Below the pieces are notes generated by a model. That model was not told the DNA's origin. It made no database searches and saw only the letters and a list, made by a program, of their open reading frames with translations. From Candidatus Latescibacterota bacterium (lineage in GTDB: Bacteria > Latescibacterota > UBA2968 > UBA8231): a DNA stretch of 64,000 bases. This document shows, piece by piece, positions 30,400-40,169 of the stretch. Each line of letters starts with the position of its first letter. Within the stretch, counting starts at the first letter, position 1. The stretch lies in contig OZ242318.1 in the NCBI GenBank assembly GCA_965208105.1, positions 3,456,001 to 3,520,000 on the forward strand, read 5' to 3'. Both the position numbers and the translations under genes were made by a program.

Positions 30400-30488
30400 T
30401 TTTTGGGGCCGATCCGAAGACCGATCCACCGCGCCGGCGGGCCCGTCAGCGGCGCTGACCCGGCCCGGCCCGCAGCCAGGGCATCGAC

Positions 30489-31388
30489 ATGAGTGAAGGA
30501 TACTGGGGCATCGACCTGGGAGGCACCAAGATCGAGGGTGTCGTTCTCACTTCCGCCCGGGAGCCCACCTCCCTGTGCCGCCTGCGCATAGAGACCCAGA
30601 GCGCCCGCGGCTACGGGCACATCGTCGCCCGCATCGCCCACCTGGTCGAGCGCATGAGAGCGGAGACCGGCTCCAGCCCGAGGCGCATCGGCATCGGCAC
30701 CCCGGGGGTCCTGGACCCCCGCAGCCAGGCTCTCAAGAACAGCAACACCACCTGCCTCATCGGCCGGCCCCTGCAGCGCGACCTGGAGCGGGAACTCGGC
30801 GCGGAGATCGTCATGGCCAACGACGCCAACTGCTTCGCCCTGGCCGAAGCCCGCCTGGGTGCCGGGCGCGGGGCGCAGACGGTCTTCGGGGTCATTGCGG
30901 GCACCGGAGTGGGAGGCGGCATAGTGATGGGGGGCGAGGTGCTCTACGGCTGCCAGGGAATAGCCGGGGAATGGGGCCACAACATTCTGGACCCGGACGG
31001 CCCCCGGTGCTACTGCGGCCGCCGCGGCTGCGTGGAGACCATTCTCTCGGGGCCGGCCCTGGAGGGCCACTACACTTCCCTGGGGGGGCGCAGGCTGCCC
31101 CTGCCCGAGATCGTGGAGCGCGGCACCGGAGGCGGGGACCCTCATGCCGAGGCCACCATGGAACGCCTGGTCCTCTATTTCGGCCGCGCCCTGGCCTACG
31201 TGATCAACATTCTCGATCCCCACCTCATCGTCCTCGGCGGGGGGGTAAGCAATATCGACCTGCTATACACCCGAGGAGTCCGGGAGGTCGGGCGCAACGT
31301 CTTCAACAACCGGCTGGAGACGCGGATAGTGAGGCACGCGCTGGGAGACAGCGCCGGGGTTTTCGGAGCGGCCATGCTGGTGGCCTGA
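30489..31388 (+). CDS. ROK family sugar kinase (Mak/fructokinase-like)
   Basis: GIDLGGTK, NDANCFALAE, GTGVGGG, GEWGH, CYCGRRGC.E. Confidence 0.92.
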   Translation: MSEGYWGIDLGGTKIEGVVLTSAREPTSLCRLRIETQSARGYGHIVARIAHLVERMRAETGSSPRRIGIGTPGVLDPRSQALKNSNTTCLIGRPLQRDLERELGAEIVMANDANCFALAEARLGAGRGAQTVFGVIAGTGVGGGIVMGGEVLYGCQGIAGEWGHNILDPDGPRCYCGRRGCVETILSGPALEGHYTSLGGRRLPLPEIVERGTGGGDPHAEATMERLVLYFGRALAYVINILDPHLIVLGGGVSNIDLLYTRGVREVGRNVFNNRLETRIVRHALGDSAGVFGAAMLVA

Positions 31389-31483
31389 ACCCCGGTGCCC
31401 GGGCGGATTGGCCCATCGCCGCCCGGGGTGGAGGAGGGAAAGCGGATTGTCCGCAGGCCGTCGCCGCCAACAGCCACTGTGAG

Positions 31484-32299
31484 ATGAAAAAGATGAAGAA
31501 CTCAGATCAACCGCTCCAGCATCTGAAGACAGACGGCTGGTGCGTGCTGGAAGGCGTCGTTCCCGAGGCGGAGGTGGAATCCGTCCGCCGCAGCGTCGAG
31601 GACACCGTTGCGGCCCGGCGCGACCCCGGGGCGTCCGCCGCCAGCAGAGGCATCGGGCACCTTCCCGGCATCGTCTCCCACGACCAGTCCTTCGCTCCTT
31701 ACCTGGCGGACCACCGGGTCATGCACCTGGTAGGCACCCTTCTGGGCGAGTACCCGCGCATTTCCTTCACCACCGGCACCATCAACTACCCGGGCAACGA
31801 GCGCGGCGACTGGCACGCGGACTGGCCCTTCAACCAGAGGAACGCCGGCCACATACCCGCCCCTTATCACGACGCGGTCATGCACCTGACCAGCCTGTGG
31901 ATGCTGTCGCCCTTCACCCCCGAGAACGGCGGCACCCTGGTGGTGCCGGGAAGCCACCGCAGCCCCAACAATCCCACCGGGGACAACGGGGTGAATCCCA
32001 TGGCGCCCTATCCCACCGAGCTCGGCGTCACCGGTGCGGCCGGCAGCGTGCTGCTGCTGGACAGCCGCCTGTGGCACGCCACGGCGCCCAACCGGGCGCG
32101 GGAGCCCCGGGTGTCCGTGGTGGTGCGCTACGCTCCCTGGTGGCTCAACCTGGAGGTCCTGCGGCCCGGCTCGGATGAGCGCAGGCGCATGGTGGACGAG
32201 ACCGGCGCGACAGAGAACGAGGTGCCCTCCCTGCCGGCGCAGGTCTTCGCCGAGCTTCCGTCAGCGGTGAAGCCGCTGCTGCGCCACTGGGTCGAGTGA
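31484..32299 (+). CDS. PhyH family dioxygenase
   Basis: WHAD, FTPENGGT.VVPGSH, RLWH; true start is internal to ORF 30575..32299. Confidence 0.87.
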   Translation: MKKMKNSDQPLQHLKTDGWCVLEGVVPEAEVESVRRSVEDTVAARRDPGASAASRGIGHLPGIVSHDQSFAPYLADHRVMHLVGTLLGEYPRISFTTGTINYPGNERGDWHADWPFNQRNAGHIPAPYHDAVMHLTSLWMLSPFTPENGGTLVVPGSHRSPNNPTGDNGVNPMAPYPTELGVTGAAGSVLLLDSRLWHATAPNRAREPRVSVVVRYAPWWLNLEVLRPGSDERRRMVDETGATENEVPSLPAQVFAELPSAVKPLLRHWVE

Positions 32300-32496
32300 G
32301 GGGTTACCCGGGGGAAGGACTGGAGCTGCCTCTCTGTACCCGGGGCTGAAGGCCCGAAGTCCAGGAGGAAGTATGTTCGGGCGGCGGACAGGAGATTCGG
32401 CCGGGAGACCAATCGCCCGCCGCCTCGGCCCGGCCGCGGCGGATGGTGCAAGCAGAAGGGCGGGAGGACGAGCGGGGCGGGCTTTCCAACCGCCGG

Positions 32497-34677
32497 CTAT
32501 TGCGGCATCTGGACGGGACCGGTCACGGTTGCATAGATGGGGCTGGACCAGGCCTTGCCTCCATCCACCTGCAACACCCGCACCCAGTAGGGATGGCAGC
32601 CCGGAGGGAGCCCGGGCTCGGCAAAGGAAAGCTCCACATCAAGGCCCAGGTCCATGGGCAGGTACTCGAACACCACCTTCATGTCGATGCGCCCCGCGTT
32701 GAGCTCCACCGGCCCGGCCTCCAGCTCTTCCAGGGCCAGCGAGTGGCGCAGGACCAGGGACTCGAAGCGCAGCACCGCACCGGCACCGGCTTCCAGGGTC
32801 AGCACCACCCCGTCGGCGTCTCCGGTGGTCACCGACTTCCACGACACGGAGCGCTCTTCCACGGCGCAAACGCCCTCGCCGGCGGAGTCGAAGGCGTAGC
32901 CCTCGGCGGCGACGATCCTTCCCCCCTCGATTTCGATGCAGCCGTCCCAGTCGACCAGGCGGTTGCGCCCGCGGATCCGCTGCCCCGACCAGGCCACCCT
33001 GACCCGATCGCGGCTGCGCCCGGTCTTCTCCGGGAAGGAGTGGACCAGTTCGAGGCCGCGGAACAGGTCCACCCGCTCGACGGGGGCGGTGCCGGCCACC
33101 TTGAGGGCTATTGCGGGGGGAGCTTCGGTGCTGTACTCCGCACCCATGGGATGTCCGTCCGCCCACACCTCCAGCAGGATGCGCTGCCCGCTGGTGGCGT
33201 AACAGCGCCGCGCCTTCAGCGCCTCCCACAGGTCCCGGCGGGTCAGCCCCCCGGCATAGACACAGGTCAGTCCCCCGTACACCCCGAAGGACCCGCTGCC
33301 CGGGTGGGCCGCCCCGGGGCGTCCCTTGTGGTCGTCGCTGCCGGCCACGAAGCCGACCCGGTAGCCGCGCTCCATGGCCTCGCGCAGGAACCACTCGAAT
33401 TCGCCCCACCCCGAGTAGACCTCGATCAGCGGCTCCAACTCGGGAGAATGCCAGCGCAGATCGGCATAGCGTCCTCCCACGTGCGGCACCAGCAGAGCGT
33501 CGCTTCCCGCCAGGGCGGCATGGAGGTCCTCGACGTGGATGCAGTCGGCGCCGGCGTCCGACTTGTCCTCGATGAGGACGTGGCTCGAGCGCCGCAGCGG
33601 CCCGTCGTCCCCGGGGAAGTAGACATTGCGGTCGCCCCCCAGGGGGGTGTTGCCCGACCATTCATAGCCCACGAAGGCGACGAAGCGCCCGGGATCATCC
33701 TGGAGGTTGGCCTGGCGGCGGATCTCGTCCCAGACCCGGGAGGTGATCTGGAAGTCGTTGCCCTGGTGCCCGGCGAAGTCGATCATGGCCTTTTCCCGGG
33801 CGAAGCGGAAATAGGAGGAGACCGGGTTGGTGCCCACCGTCTCTTCGCTCTGCCCGTGCAGGTCTCCCCAGAAGGGGCGGCGGGCGGCGCGGGCCTGGAC
33901 GCAGCGCAGGGGATTGCCCACCCCCTCCAGGCCGTTCACCTCGTCGGCGGCGGCGACCCGGTAGACTCCGGGGCCCGGGGCCCTCACCCCCTCGAACCGG
34001 CGGACTCCCCGGTGGCTCGCGTCGAAGCTGCAGGCGGGGGGCAATCCGGCCAGTCCGCCAGCGTCGATGCGCACCTCCCCCCTGTAGCCGCTGCAGGGAT
34101 TGCCCCACAGGTCCTCCGCCTTGATACCCACCCACGCCTCTTCGGAGACCGTGGTCTCGGAGGGGCCCAGCACCACGAGGCGGGTGGCTTCTGCGCTCAC
34201 GACCGGGACCCTGGGCGACGGCACCTCGGTGTAGACCCAGGTGCCGCACCAGTCCACGGCCACGCGAAACTCGAAGGCGTCCTGGCAGAAGGTCTGGGCC
34301 CGGATACCGGCGCTGCCGCCCCCGGTATCTCCCAGGGTGAGGGCGATGGTGTCACCCTCGGCGAGGGAGTCGTCGCGCACGTCGATGGTCACGCACAGGC
34401 GCCAGGGCCGCAGGTAGCGCTGCTTCTCGAAGCGCGCCCTCAGCCGGGCCCCGGCGCTGGTGCAGACGCTGGCGTAGTGGGGCGCCCGGGGGTCGTCGAA
34501 CTGGGGGGCGGCCCAGTCGCTCACGTCGCGCCAGGCGATCTTGACGGCGCCGCCGTCGTCGACGCCGTAGCGGCCGGCGTGGTAGGTGATGCGCCAGGTG
34601 CCCGTGGAGCCGGCCACAACCGGTCCGTCGGGGTCAATCCCGGCCCAGCCGTAGAGTTGGCGGATCTCTTCGCTCAT
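32497..34677 (-). CDS. DUF3604 / PHP-fold metallohydrolase-like protein
   Basis: FWGDLHGQS, GYEWSG, HVGGR, GSDDH.GRPG, ALKARRCYAT, AWSSP. Confidence 0.8.
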   Translation of the reverse strand: MSEEIRQLYGWAGIDPDGPVVAGSTGTWRITYHAGRYGVDDGGAVKIAWRDVSDWAAPQFDDPRAPHYASVCTSAGARLRARFEKQRYLRPWRLCVTIDVRDDSLAEGDTIALTLGDTGGGSAGIRAQTFCQDAFEFRVAVDWCGTWVYTEVPSPRVPVVSAEATRLVVLGPSETTVSEEAWVGIKAEDLWGNPCSGYRGEVRIDAGGLAGLPPACSFDASHRGVRRFEGVRAPGPGVYRVAAADEVNGLEGVGNPLRCVQARAARRPFWGDLHGQSEETVGTNPVSSYFRFAREKAMIDFAGHQGNDFQITSRVWDEIRRQANLQDDPGRFVAFVGYEWSGNTPLGGDRNVYFPGDDGPLRRSSHVLIEDKSDAGADCIHVEDLHAALAGSDALLVPHVGGRYADLRWHSPELEPLIEVYSGWGEFEWFLREAMERGYRVGFVAGSDDHKGRPGAAHPGSGSFGVYGGLTCVYAGGLTRRDLWEALKARRCYATSGQRILLEVWADGHPMGAEYSTEAPPAIALKVAGTAPVERVDLFRGLELVHSFPEKTGRSRDRVRVAWSGQRIRGRNRLVDWDGCIEIEGGRIVAAEGYAFDSAGEGVCAVEERSVSWKSVTTGDADGVVLTLEAGAGAVLRFESLVLRHSLALEELEAGPVELNAGRIDMKVVFEYLPMDLGLDVELSFAEPGLPPGCHPYWVRVLQVDGGKAWSSPIYATVTGPVQMPQ

Positions 34678-35193
34678 GGTCTTTTCCCTGGCCGCGCCCG
34701 GGAAGCTCCGGGTGGGTTGCCGGCGGCCTTGGGGGGTACGGTCCGGGGCCTTTACTGCCGTCCCCATCAGCGCCCGGGATGGTACCGCTGGCAGGGTGCC
34801 TTTCGCAAAAGGGCCCTTAAGCTATTTTGCGAGGCTGAAGATGTCAAAGCCCGGCTGGAACCCCGCGTTAGCGCGCCGCGTGTCAGAATTTCCCGGCACC
34901 CGGCGCGTCGCTGAAGTAGCTTCTCCCTCACCCCGCGCAGGAATCCCGGGTGGGTGGCGGCCCGGGCGCCGGTTTCGCGGGCGCCTGCCCTCGAGGCGGC
35001 CAACGCGTCCCTGAAGAAGCTATTCCAGCCAACCGGCGCAGGAATCCCAGGTCGGTTGCGGACCGCCCGCCCTTGAGTGGCCGGGGAGGGTGGGATAGTT
35101 TATTGATCGAAGACCGTTTCACTGATTCCTTCGGGTCCCTCGGGTCGGGGATATTCGCGGCTTCAACCGCCCGGGTTCCACCTGCGGAGAGGT

Positions 35194-36192
35194 ATGGAAA
35201 TGAGCGACAGCGAGCGATTTCTGGTGACCGGCGCCCTGGGCTGCGTCGGCGCCTGGGCCGTGCGCCGGCTGGTGCGCGAGGAAGTGCCGGTGTGGACCTA
35301 CGACCTCGGCGGCGACCCCTACCGCCTGCGCGCGATCATGGCCGACGAGGAGCTGGCCGCCGTGCGGTTTCTCAGCGGCGACATCGCCGACCTCGAGGCA
35401 TTCGAGCGGGCGGTCGCCGACTGCGGCATCACCCACATACTGCATCTGGCGGCCATGCAGGTGCCGCTGGTGCGCGCCGATCCGCTGCGCGGGGCCACGG
35501 TGAACCTGGTGGGCACCACCGCGGTCTTCGAGGCGGCCAGGCGCCACCGGGAGCAGGTGCGCAACCTGGTCTTCGCCAGCTCGTTCGGAGTCTACGGCGA
35601 TCCGGAGGCCTACCCGCCGGGACCCCTGGCGCATGACGCGCCGCTTCTGCCTCCGACCCTTTACGGAGTGTTCAAGCAGTGCAACGAGGGCACCGCCCAG
35701 GTCTACTGGCGCGAGAACTCGGTCTACAGCACCGGCCTGCGCCCCTGCGTGGTCTACGGGCCCGGGCGCGACCAGGGCTGGACCTCCACGCCCACCAAGG
35801 CCATGCTGGCCGCCGCCGTCGGCCGCCCCTACGAGATCACCTACGGCGGCACCCTGATCTATCACCACGCCGACGACGTGGCGGGCGCCTTCATCGCCGC
35901 CGCCCGCACGAGGATGGAGGGTGCCCCGGTCTACAACCTGGGCGGCAGCACGGTGTCCATGGAGCAGATCGTCGAAGCCATCGCCGAAGTCGTGCCCGAA
36001 TCGGCGGGCAGGATCAGCTTCGATCCGACTCCGCTGCCCCATCCCTCCAGCGCCGACGACAGCGCCTTGAACGAGGCCCTGGGTCCGGTTCCCTACCGCT
36101 CCCTGGCCGCGGGGGTCGGCGACACCGTCGAGGTCTTCCGCCGCGCCCTCGACGCCGGCCGCCTCGACCTCGAGCGCGCCCTGCGGCCCTAG
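35194..36192 (+). CDS. NAD-dependent epimerase/dehydratase (extended SDR)
   Basis: TGALGCVG, HLAA, YGVFK, VYGPG. Confidence 0.9.
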   Translation: MEMSDSERFLVTGALGCVGAWAVRRLVREEVPVWTYDLGGDPYRLRAIMADEELAAVRFLSGDIADLEAFERAVADCGITHILHLAAMQVPLVRADPLRGATVNLVGTTAVFEAARRHREQVRNLVFASSFGVYGDPEAYPPGPLAHDAPLLPPTLYGVFKQCNEGTAQVYWRENSVYSTGLRPCVVYGPGRDQGWTSTPTKAMLAAAVGRPYEITYGGTLIYHHADDVAGAFIAAARTRMEGAPVYNLGGSTVSMEQIVEAIAEVVPESAGRISFDPTPLPHPSSADDSALNEALGPVPYRSLAAGVGDTVEVFRRALDAGRLDLERALRP

Positions 36193-36309
36193 CATCCGTT
36201 GAAAACGTCCATCCGGGCTGCTAGCCGGATTTCAAGCCGGAGTCCGGCGCGGTTTCCGCCCACCCTGGCAGGGCAGCTCTCGCGAGAATTTCGAACCCGT
36301 AATTCGATG

Positions 36310-37299
36310 CTAGAAGGTGACGACGGATCCGGTGTCGAGGGAGCGCACCGCCGCGTCGATCCACTGGATGGTCTTCAGGTTGACCTCGATGGCTGTGGGC
36401 GTGGTTTTGCCGGTGGTGATGGAGGAATACAGGGCCATGTAGGGGTCACGGATATCCGGGTCTAGGTCCTCGGCCGGTCCAAAGATCCTGGGCTCCTCTC
36501 CCTCGGACAGTACTTCGATCCGGCCGCGGCCGGGCAGCAGTTGCAGGGCCGCCTCGGCGCACTCGACGCGAATGCTCCAGTCGTTGTTCTGCGAGTCGAA
36601 GGTGACCAGGAGGTGGGCCTGGACCCCATTGCCGAACTCGGTGAGGACGTTGGTCATGGTGTCGCTGTTGTAGTTGGAATGGGCGGGCTTCATGCCCAGG
36701 GCATAGACGCTCCTGAGGTCGGGGTGGCCGAGGATGGCGAGGATCGAGTCGAGGGAGTGGACGCCCTGCTCCCACAGCGCCGGGTATTTGCCGGTGAAGG
36801 CCCGCATCACTGGCCGGTGGCGGTGGTGGGCGTACATCAGGAGGTAGGGATCGCCGTAATCGCCGCTCTGCACCAGGCGCTGGAGCTGGCGCTCCAGCAG
36901 GCCGTACTGGTACTGGTTGCCGATCACCACCGCCCTGCCCCGGCGCTTGGCGAGGGCGGCCAGCTCCTGCGCCTCGGAGTAGCTGTAGGTCAGGGGCTTC
37001 TCCACCCAGACGTGCTTGCCCGCCTCCAGCGCCTCCCTGACGAGGGCGGCGTGGTAGCGCGCCGGGGTCACGACGACCACGACCTCCGCCTCCGGCTGCG
37101 CCGCCAGGGCCGCGCTCAACTCCCCGTAGGCGGCGATCTCCTGCAGTCCATGGGTTTCCCGGGCCTGGGTCAGGTATGCCTCGACCACGTCCACCAGCGC
37201 CAGGGGCTCGAAGCGGTCGGCGTGGCCGGCGAGCAGGTCGCCGAGTATCTGAGCTCCCCGATTGCCGACGCCGACTTGTATGAACGGAAATTTCTCCAC
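36310..37299 (-). CDS. Gfo/Idh/MocA oxidoreductase
   Basis: GVGNRG Rossmann motif, HVWVEKP, EQGVHSLD. Confidence 0.88.
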   Translation of the reverse strand: MEKFPFIQVGVGNRGAQILGDLLAGHADRFEPLALVDVVEAYLTQARETHGLQEIAAYGELSAALAAQPEAEVVVVVTPARYHAALVREALEAGKHVWVEKPLTYSYSEAQELAALAKRRGRAVVIGNQYQYGLLERQLQRLVQSGDYGDPYLLMYAHHRHRPVMRAFTGKYPALWEQGVHSLDSILAILGHPDLRSVYALGMKPAHSNYNSDTMTNVLTEFGNGVQAHLLVTFDSQNNDWSIRVECAEAALQLLPGRGRIEVLSEGEEPRIFGPAEDLDPDIRDPYMALYSSITTGKTTPTAIEVNLKTIQWIDAAVRSLDTGSVVTF

Positions 37300-37345
37300 G
37301 GAATCTATTCCTCCATCGGTTGAGTGGTCGCGATTGTCAAATTTT

Positions 37346-37375
37346 ATTATAACATGCTGTGATGCACCTTGTCAG
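37346..37375 (-). promoter_or_regulatory. Putative promoter for the Gfo/Idh/MocA gene
   Basis: CTGACA-18 nt-TATAAT with TGn extension on minus strand. Confidence 0.5.
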
Positions 37376-38462
37376 CAGGAACAGGGCTCAGGTCGAGCCA
37401 GGAAGAGAAAATAAAGTGGAAAACCAGGGGAATTTGGCAAACCCAGGGAGAGAGTTATCCAGCGCAGCAGAGAGGAAGGTCGTCTTCGCCGATGCCGGCC
37501 CGGAGGTCGACCTGATGTTCTCGGGTGAGCGCAGGCGCCGCATGGAGAAACTGGGAGAATTCAGCATCCACTACGGCGATCCGGAGGGCGCCGCGGACTA
37601 CCTGCAACGGGTGCGGGGCGCCCACGCCATAATGATCGGGGGTCCCGCGGATTTCCCCTCCGAGGCCTTGCGCCAGGCGGAGGACCTGGAGGTCCTATCC
37701 TTCACCGGCCGCGGGGTGGCGACCTACGTAGACCTGGACGTGGCCGCCTCCATGGGGGTCACGGTGTGCATCTCGCCCGGAGCCGCCGAATCGACGGTGG
37801 CCGAGCACGCGGTGGCGCTGATGCTGGCCTGCGCCCGCCACATCCCCTTCCTCGACCGCGATGTCCGTGCCGGCGGCTGGAATCACGCCCTGCCGGCCAT
37901 CGAGCTCCAGGACAAGGACCTGGGCCTGTTGGGCTGCGGCCCGGTCGCGCTCCAATTCGCCAGGCTGGCGCGGGGGCTGGGCATGAGAGTCCGCGCCTGG
38001 ACGCGGAATCCCAGCCCGGAGCGGGCCAGCCGCCTGGGTCTCGAGCTGGTGTCGCTGGATGAGATCCTCGAGGAGAGCCACGTGCTCTCCATGCATCTGG
38101 CCCACACCCCCGAAACCGAGGGATTCCTCGGCGCCCGGGAATTGAGCCGCACCAGGAAAGGGGTGATCGTGCTGAATACCGGGCGGGGCGCACTGGTCGA
38201 CTCCGCCGCCCTGGCGGAGCTGCTGCGGTCGGGCCACATCGCTTCCGCGGGGCTCGACGTCCTGCCCCAGGAACCGCCTCCTGCCGACGATCCCCTGCTG
38301 CAGCTCGACAACGTGGTGCTGTCGCCGCACGTGGCCTGGAACACCCCGGAAGCAACCGAGAGGCTCTACGACATCGCCGTCGACAACCTGGTGAGCTTCT
38401 ACGGCGGCACCCCGGTGAACGTGGTCGCCGGTCCCGGGAGAGCCGGGGGCAAGTCGGCTTGA
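37359..38462 (+). CDS. D-isomer-specific 2-hydroxyacid dehydrogenase; true start probably downstream
   Basis: VAEHA, GLLGCGPVA, LNTGRG, GLDV..EP, SPHVAW. Confidence 0.85.
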   Translation: MMHLVSRNRAQVEPGRENKVENQGNLANPGRELSSAAERKVVFADAGPEVDLMFSGERRRRMEKLGEFSIHYGDPEGAADYLQRVRGAHAIMIGGPADFPSEALRQAEDLEVLSFTGRGVATYVDLDVAASMGVTVCISPGAAESTVAEHAVALMLACARHIPFLDRDVRAGGWNHALPAIELQDKDLGLLGCGPVALQFARLARGLGMRVRAWTRNPSPERASRLGLELVSLDEILEESHVLSMHLAHTPETEGFLGARELSRTRKGVIVLNTGRGALVDSAALAELLRSGHIASAGLDVLPQEPPPADDPLLQLDNVVLSPHVAWNTPEATERLYDIAVDNLVSFYGGTPVNVVAGPGRAGGKSA

Positions 38463-38506
38463 CCCGCAATCCCTACCTGATATAGAAAGACAGGCCCAAG
38501 GAGGTT

Positions 38507-38544
38507 GATTGACAAAGTGGCTACTGGTAGCTACCTTGTCAATC
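38507..38544. promoter_or_regulatory. vapBC promoter overlapped by an 18-bp-arm operator palindrome
   Basis: GATTGACAAAGTGGCTAC-TG-GTAGCTACCTTGTCAATC (2 mismatches); TTGACA-17 nt-TACCTT; ATG 7 nt after the -10. Confidence 0.7.
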
Positions 38545-38838
38545 ATGCGATCGGTGGGAATCAAGGTACTCAACAACCGGCTGAGCGAATACATCCGGCT
38601 GGCCGCATCCGGGGAAACGGTCCTGGTCACGGACCGGGATCGCGTCGTAGCGGAAATCGGTCCCCCGGGGGCAACAAGAAGCCCGTTCGTCGCCGACGCC
38701 CTGCTGGCGGAAGCGGTGCGTGCCGGGTGGCTGACGCCGCCGGTGCTGCCTGCCGCCGGGGAACCTCCTGCAGCCAAACCGGTGGCGCCGCTGAGGGACC
38801 TGCTCGCTGAACTGGACAGAGATCGAAGCGAACGGTGA
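38545..38838 (+). CDS. vapB: Phd/YefM family antitoxin
   Basis: MRSVGIKVLNNRLSEYIRLAASGETVLVTDRDRVVAE; overlaps the PIN gene. Confidence 0.87.
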   Translation: MRSVGIKVLNNRLSEYIRLAASGETVLVTDRDRVVAEIGPPGATRSPFVADALLAEAVRAGWLTPPVLPAAGEPPAAKPVAPLRDLLAELDRDRSER

Positions 38839-39221
38839 TCTACCTCGATACCTCTGTTGCCCTTGCCCATCTTCTGGCCGAAGACCGGCGTCCCCCTGCT
38901 TCCCTGTGGAACGAGGTCATTGTGGCCAGCCGGTTGATGGAGTACGAAATCTGGAACCGCCTGCACGTTCGTAACCTTGCCGATTCCCACGGCGATACCG
39001 CCCGCGGACTCATCGGACGGATCGCCATGGTGGAGCTTTCACCGCCGGTTCTCGCACGAGCCCTGGAAGCCTTTCCAGTCCCGGTTCGTACGCTGGACGC
39101 CCTGCATCTATCGTCATGCGAGTACTTACGCAGCCAAGGCCAGTCGGTCGAGCTGGCCAGCTACGATAGCCGGATGACGGCCGCCGCCCGTGCAATGGAA
39201 ATCCCTGTCTTCGAGCTGTAA
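38835..39221 (+). CDS. vapC: PIN-domain toxin
   Basis: IYLDTS, RTLDALHL, LASYD acidic PIN motifs. Confidence 0.9.
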   Translation: MIYLDTSVALAHLLAEDRRPPASLWNEVIVASRLMEYEIWNRLHVRNLADSHGDTARGLIGRIAMVELSPPVLARALEAFPVPVRTLDALHLSSCEYLRSQGQSVELASYDSRMTAAARAMEIPVFEL

Positions 39222-39410
39222 AGGCCGGGGGTGAAGTTCGGACTGCCTCTAAAGAATATACCCTCCGTGGGAATCGTCTAACCCTGGTCGATGACAGCGA
39301 TGGCTCTGTGGAGATCTGGGAGCGTCGCAAATGGAAGAGGGACGAATGTCCCCGGGTGGACTAATTTTGCTGAACTGTTCAAGTGTGTTTTGGAAGCATG
39401 AGGTGCCACC

Positions 39411-40052
39411 ATGAACTTCGATGTCGAAGGTAACCTCGGAGCCTTAGAGCGCTCCGTGTCGTCGCTGGAGCGCGACGGACAACCCGCGCGCGCGGTCACC
39501 CTTTCCCGAGGCTACGCGACCACGGTCGGGGACCTGTGGGACGCGGTTACTGACGGCGAGCGTCTTGCGCGCTGGTTCCTGCCGGTCAGCGGCGAGCTCG
39601 AGCTCGGCGGCCGCTATCAGTTGGAGGGCAATGCCGGCGGCGTGATCACCGCGTGCGAACGGCGGTCCCACCTGGCGATCACCTGGGAGTTCGGCGGGGA
39701 CCTCAGCTGGGTGGAGATTGAATTCTCGGAGGATGGAACCGGCCGCGCGCGGCTGGCACTCACACATACCGCGCAGCTCTCGGAGCACTGGGACGAGTAC
39801 GGACCGGGTGCGGCCGGCGTCGGCTGGGAGCTGGGTCTACTGGGACTCGCGCTCCATCTCGATCAACCGGACGAGCCCAAGCCGGACGAAGCCGCTTTTG
39901 CCGCCTCACCGAAAGGCAAGGCGTTCATCGCGGGCAGCAGCGAGGCCTGGGGGCAAGCGGCGGTCGCGGCCGGCACGCACCCCGACGCCGCCCGCGCAGC
40001 GGCAAGGCGCACCACGGCGTTCTACACCGGTGAACCGGCCGGTCCTGCCTAA
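39411..40052 (+). CDS. SRPBCC/AHSA1-like domain protein
   Basis: LWDAVTDGERLARWF.PVSG.L..GGRYQLEGNAGG; GVGW. Confidence 0.85.
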   Translation: MNFDVEGNLGALERSVSSLERDGQPARAVTLSRGYATTVGDLWDAVTDGERLARWFLPVSGELELGGRYQLEGNAGGVITACERRSHLAITWEFGGDLSWVEIEFSEDGTGRARLALTHTAQLSEHWDEYGPGAAGVGWELGLLGLALHLDQPDEPKPDEAAFAASPKGKAFIAGSSEAWGQAAVAAGTHPDAARAAARRTTAFYTGEPAGPA

Positions 40053-40169
40053 ACCGGGAGAGATTCCGGAAACTTCCGATAGGTTTTATGATATTGACGC
40101 CGACCCTTCGGTGACCTTCTGCAGCCGCACGTCTGAGCAGATCGCTTCTGCTCAGGGAAGCAATCAGGA

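Noticed and set aside
32443-34914. 823-aa plus-strand ORF, and similar long shadow ORFs (5925..7784, 26463..28256, 50841..52487, 57306..58928)
   Set aside because: Antisense to well-supported genes with no motifs; expected from high-GC codon bias.
39230-39364. Start-less frame (..KEYTLRGNRLTLVDDSDGSVEIWERR..) resembling a lipoprotein C-terminus
   Set aside because: Too short to assign; at most a remnant.
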